DNA of 5,143 bases from Candidatus Iainarchaeum sp. (GTDB lineage: Archaea; Iainarchaeota; Iainarchaeia; Iainarchaeales; CSSED10-239), in assembly GCA_028693335.1 (NCBI GenBank), contig JAQUVR010000023.1:3396-8538 (forward strand), in the 5' to 3' direction. The notes below the pieces were generated by a model. That model did not search any database. It saw only the letters and a list, made by a program, of their open reading frames with translations, and was not told the DNA's origin. Below, one piece after another: positions 4,861 to 5,143 of this stretch. Positions within the stretch are counted from its first letter, which is position 1; each line of letters opens with the position of its first letter. A program made the position numbers and the translations under genes.

Positions 4861-5143
4861 CTAAAGTTGGTTTGTTTTTTTAAACAATTTTATGTTTTCC
4901 TGTGGAACCACACCCAGTCTTTCTTTAATACTCCTTTGCTTTTCCCTGACATTCATACCAAGGACAAAGAGGTCACCCTGGGTAACCGGGAAAAAACAAA
5001 AAATCATGTTTGCTATCGAAGATTTACCGGCGCCGTTTGGCCCCAGGATACCAAAGCATTCTCTCTGTTCTACACTAAAATTCACACCTTTTACTGCTGC
5101 CTTGCCGTTATATTTCTTTACCAGGTTGTTTGCGGCAATAACT
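4861..5143 (-). pseudogene. ABC transporter ATP-binding protein, N-terminal fragment only (Walker A retained; signature and Walker B absent). Truncated gene remnant or assembly-junction artefact. The 5' end runs off the right edge.
   Basis: The frame is open to the window edge, and the track start at 5085 is an internal GTG. Manual translation: VIAANNLVKKYNGKAAVKGVNFSVEQRECFGILGPNGAGKSSIANMIFCFFPVTQGDLFVLGMNVREKQRSIKERLGVVPQEN, then IKLFKKTNQL and TAG (4861-4863). This is the textbook start of a nucleotide-binding domain with Walker A GPNGAGKS. Family resemblance ends at the Asn codon 4894-4896. A functional NBD needs about 130 or more further residues, and there is no room for them before the DUF373 stop at 4791. 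Confidence 0.7.

Noticed and set aside
4813-4887. Two small hairpins: TGATTT-CGAA-AAATCA (4813-4828) and TTGTTT-TTTT-AAACAA (4872-4887).
   Set aside because: Both have 6-bp stems that are almost entirely A-T, so they are thermodynamically weak and expected by chance in AT-rich spacers. They are not supportable as ncRNA or attachment sites.
4892-5143. Plus-strand frame from ATG 4892, open to the window edge (MFSCGTTPSLSLILLCFSLTFIPRTKRSPWVTGKKQKIMFAIEDLPAPFGPRIP...), downstream of the promoter-like element.
   Set aside because: The opposite strand encodes a specific ABC Walker-A domain that cannot be chance. The plus-strand peptide has no family resemblance and is best explained as its antisense shadow. 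It is kept only as context for the orphan-promoter finding.
1-5143. Scan for tRNA, rRNA, CRISPR repeats, IS/transposase or integrase genes, and terminal inverted repeats.
   Set aside because: Intergenic regions are short (21-138 nt) and almost pure A/T, with no GC-rich stems. There are no periodic direct repeats, and no ORF has recombinase or nuclease motifs. Nothing is supportable.

Overview
This window reads as core chromosome of a very AT-rich archaeon, about 20-28% G+C in the lines I hand-counted. It could be a DPANN-type or low-GC methanogen-type genome; I cannot tell which. It does not look like an obvious defence or mobile island. I support six genes. (1) A 5' partial Elp3 radical-SAM tRNA U34 modification gene on the minus strand (1-815); it is absent from the supplied ORF track because it runs off the left edge. 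(2) An orphan secreted 283-aa protein directly upstream of Elp3 on the same strand. (3) Taw3/TYW3, a wyosine-pathway tRNA-Phe methyltransferase, with its start corrected to 1785. (4) An SPFH/Band-7 stomatin-like membrane protein. (5) A DUF373-family six-TM archaeal membrane protein, start corrected to 3493, with an extra C-terminal small beta-barrel (PRC-barrel-like) tail. (6) The N-terminal fragment of an ABC transporter ATPase on the minus strand at the right edge. All three stop codons are used as stops, so the genetic code is standard. Palindromic archaeal TATA boxes and oligo-T terminators are visible in the short intergenic regions. The strongest anomaly is at about 4893. G+C jumps from about 20-23% to about 43% exactly where the ABC ATPase reading frame loses homology and is truncated, and an orphan promoter-like element faces the junction. 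This indicates either a real acquisition or rearrangement scar or a chimeric assembly join. The most interesting biological hypothesis is that the NfeD-less SPFH gene and the divergently transcribed DUF373-plus-beta-barrel gene form a functional membrane pair. I saw no tRNA, rRNA, CRISPR array or transposase.
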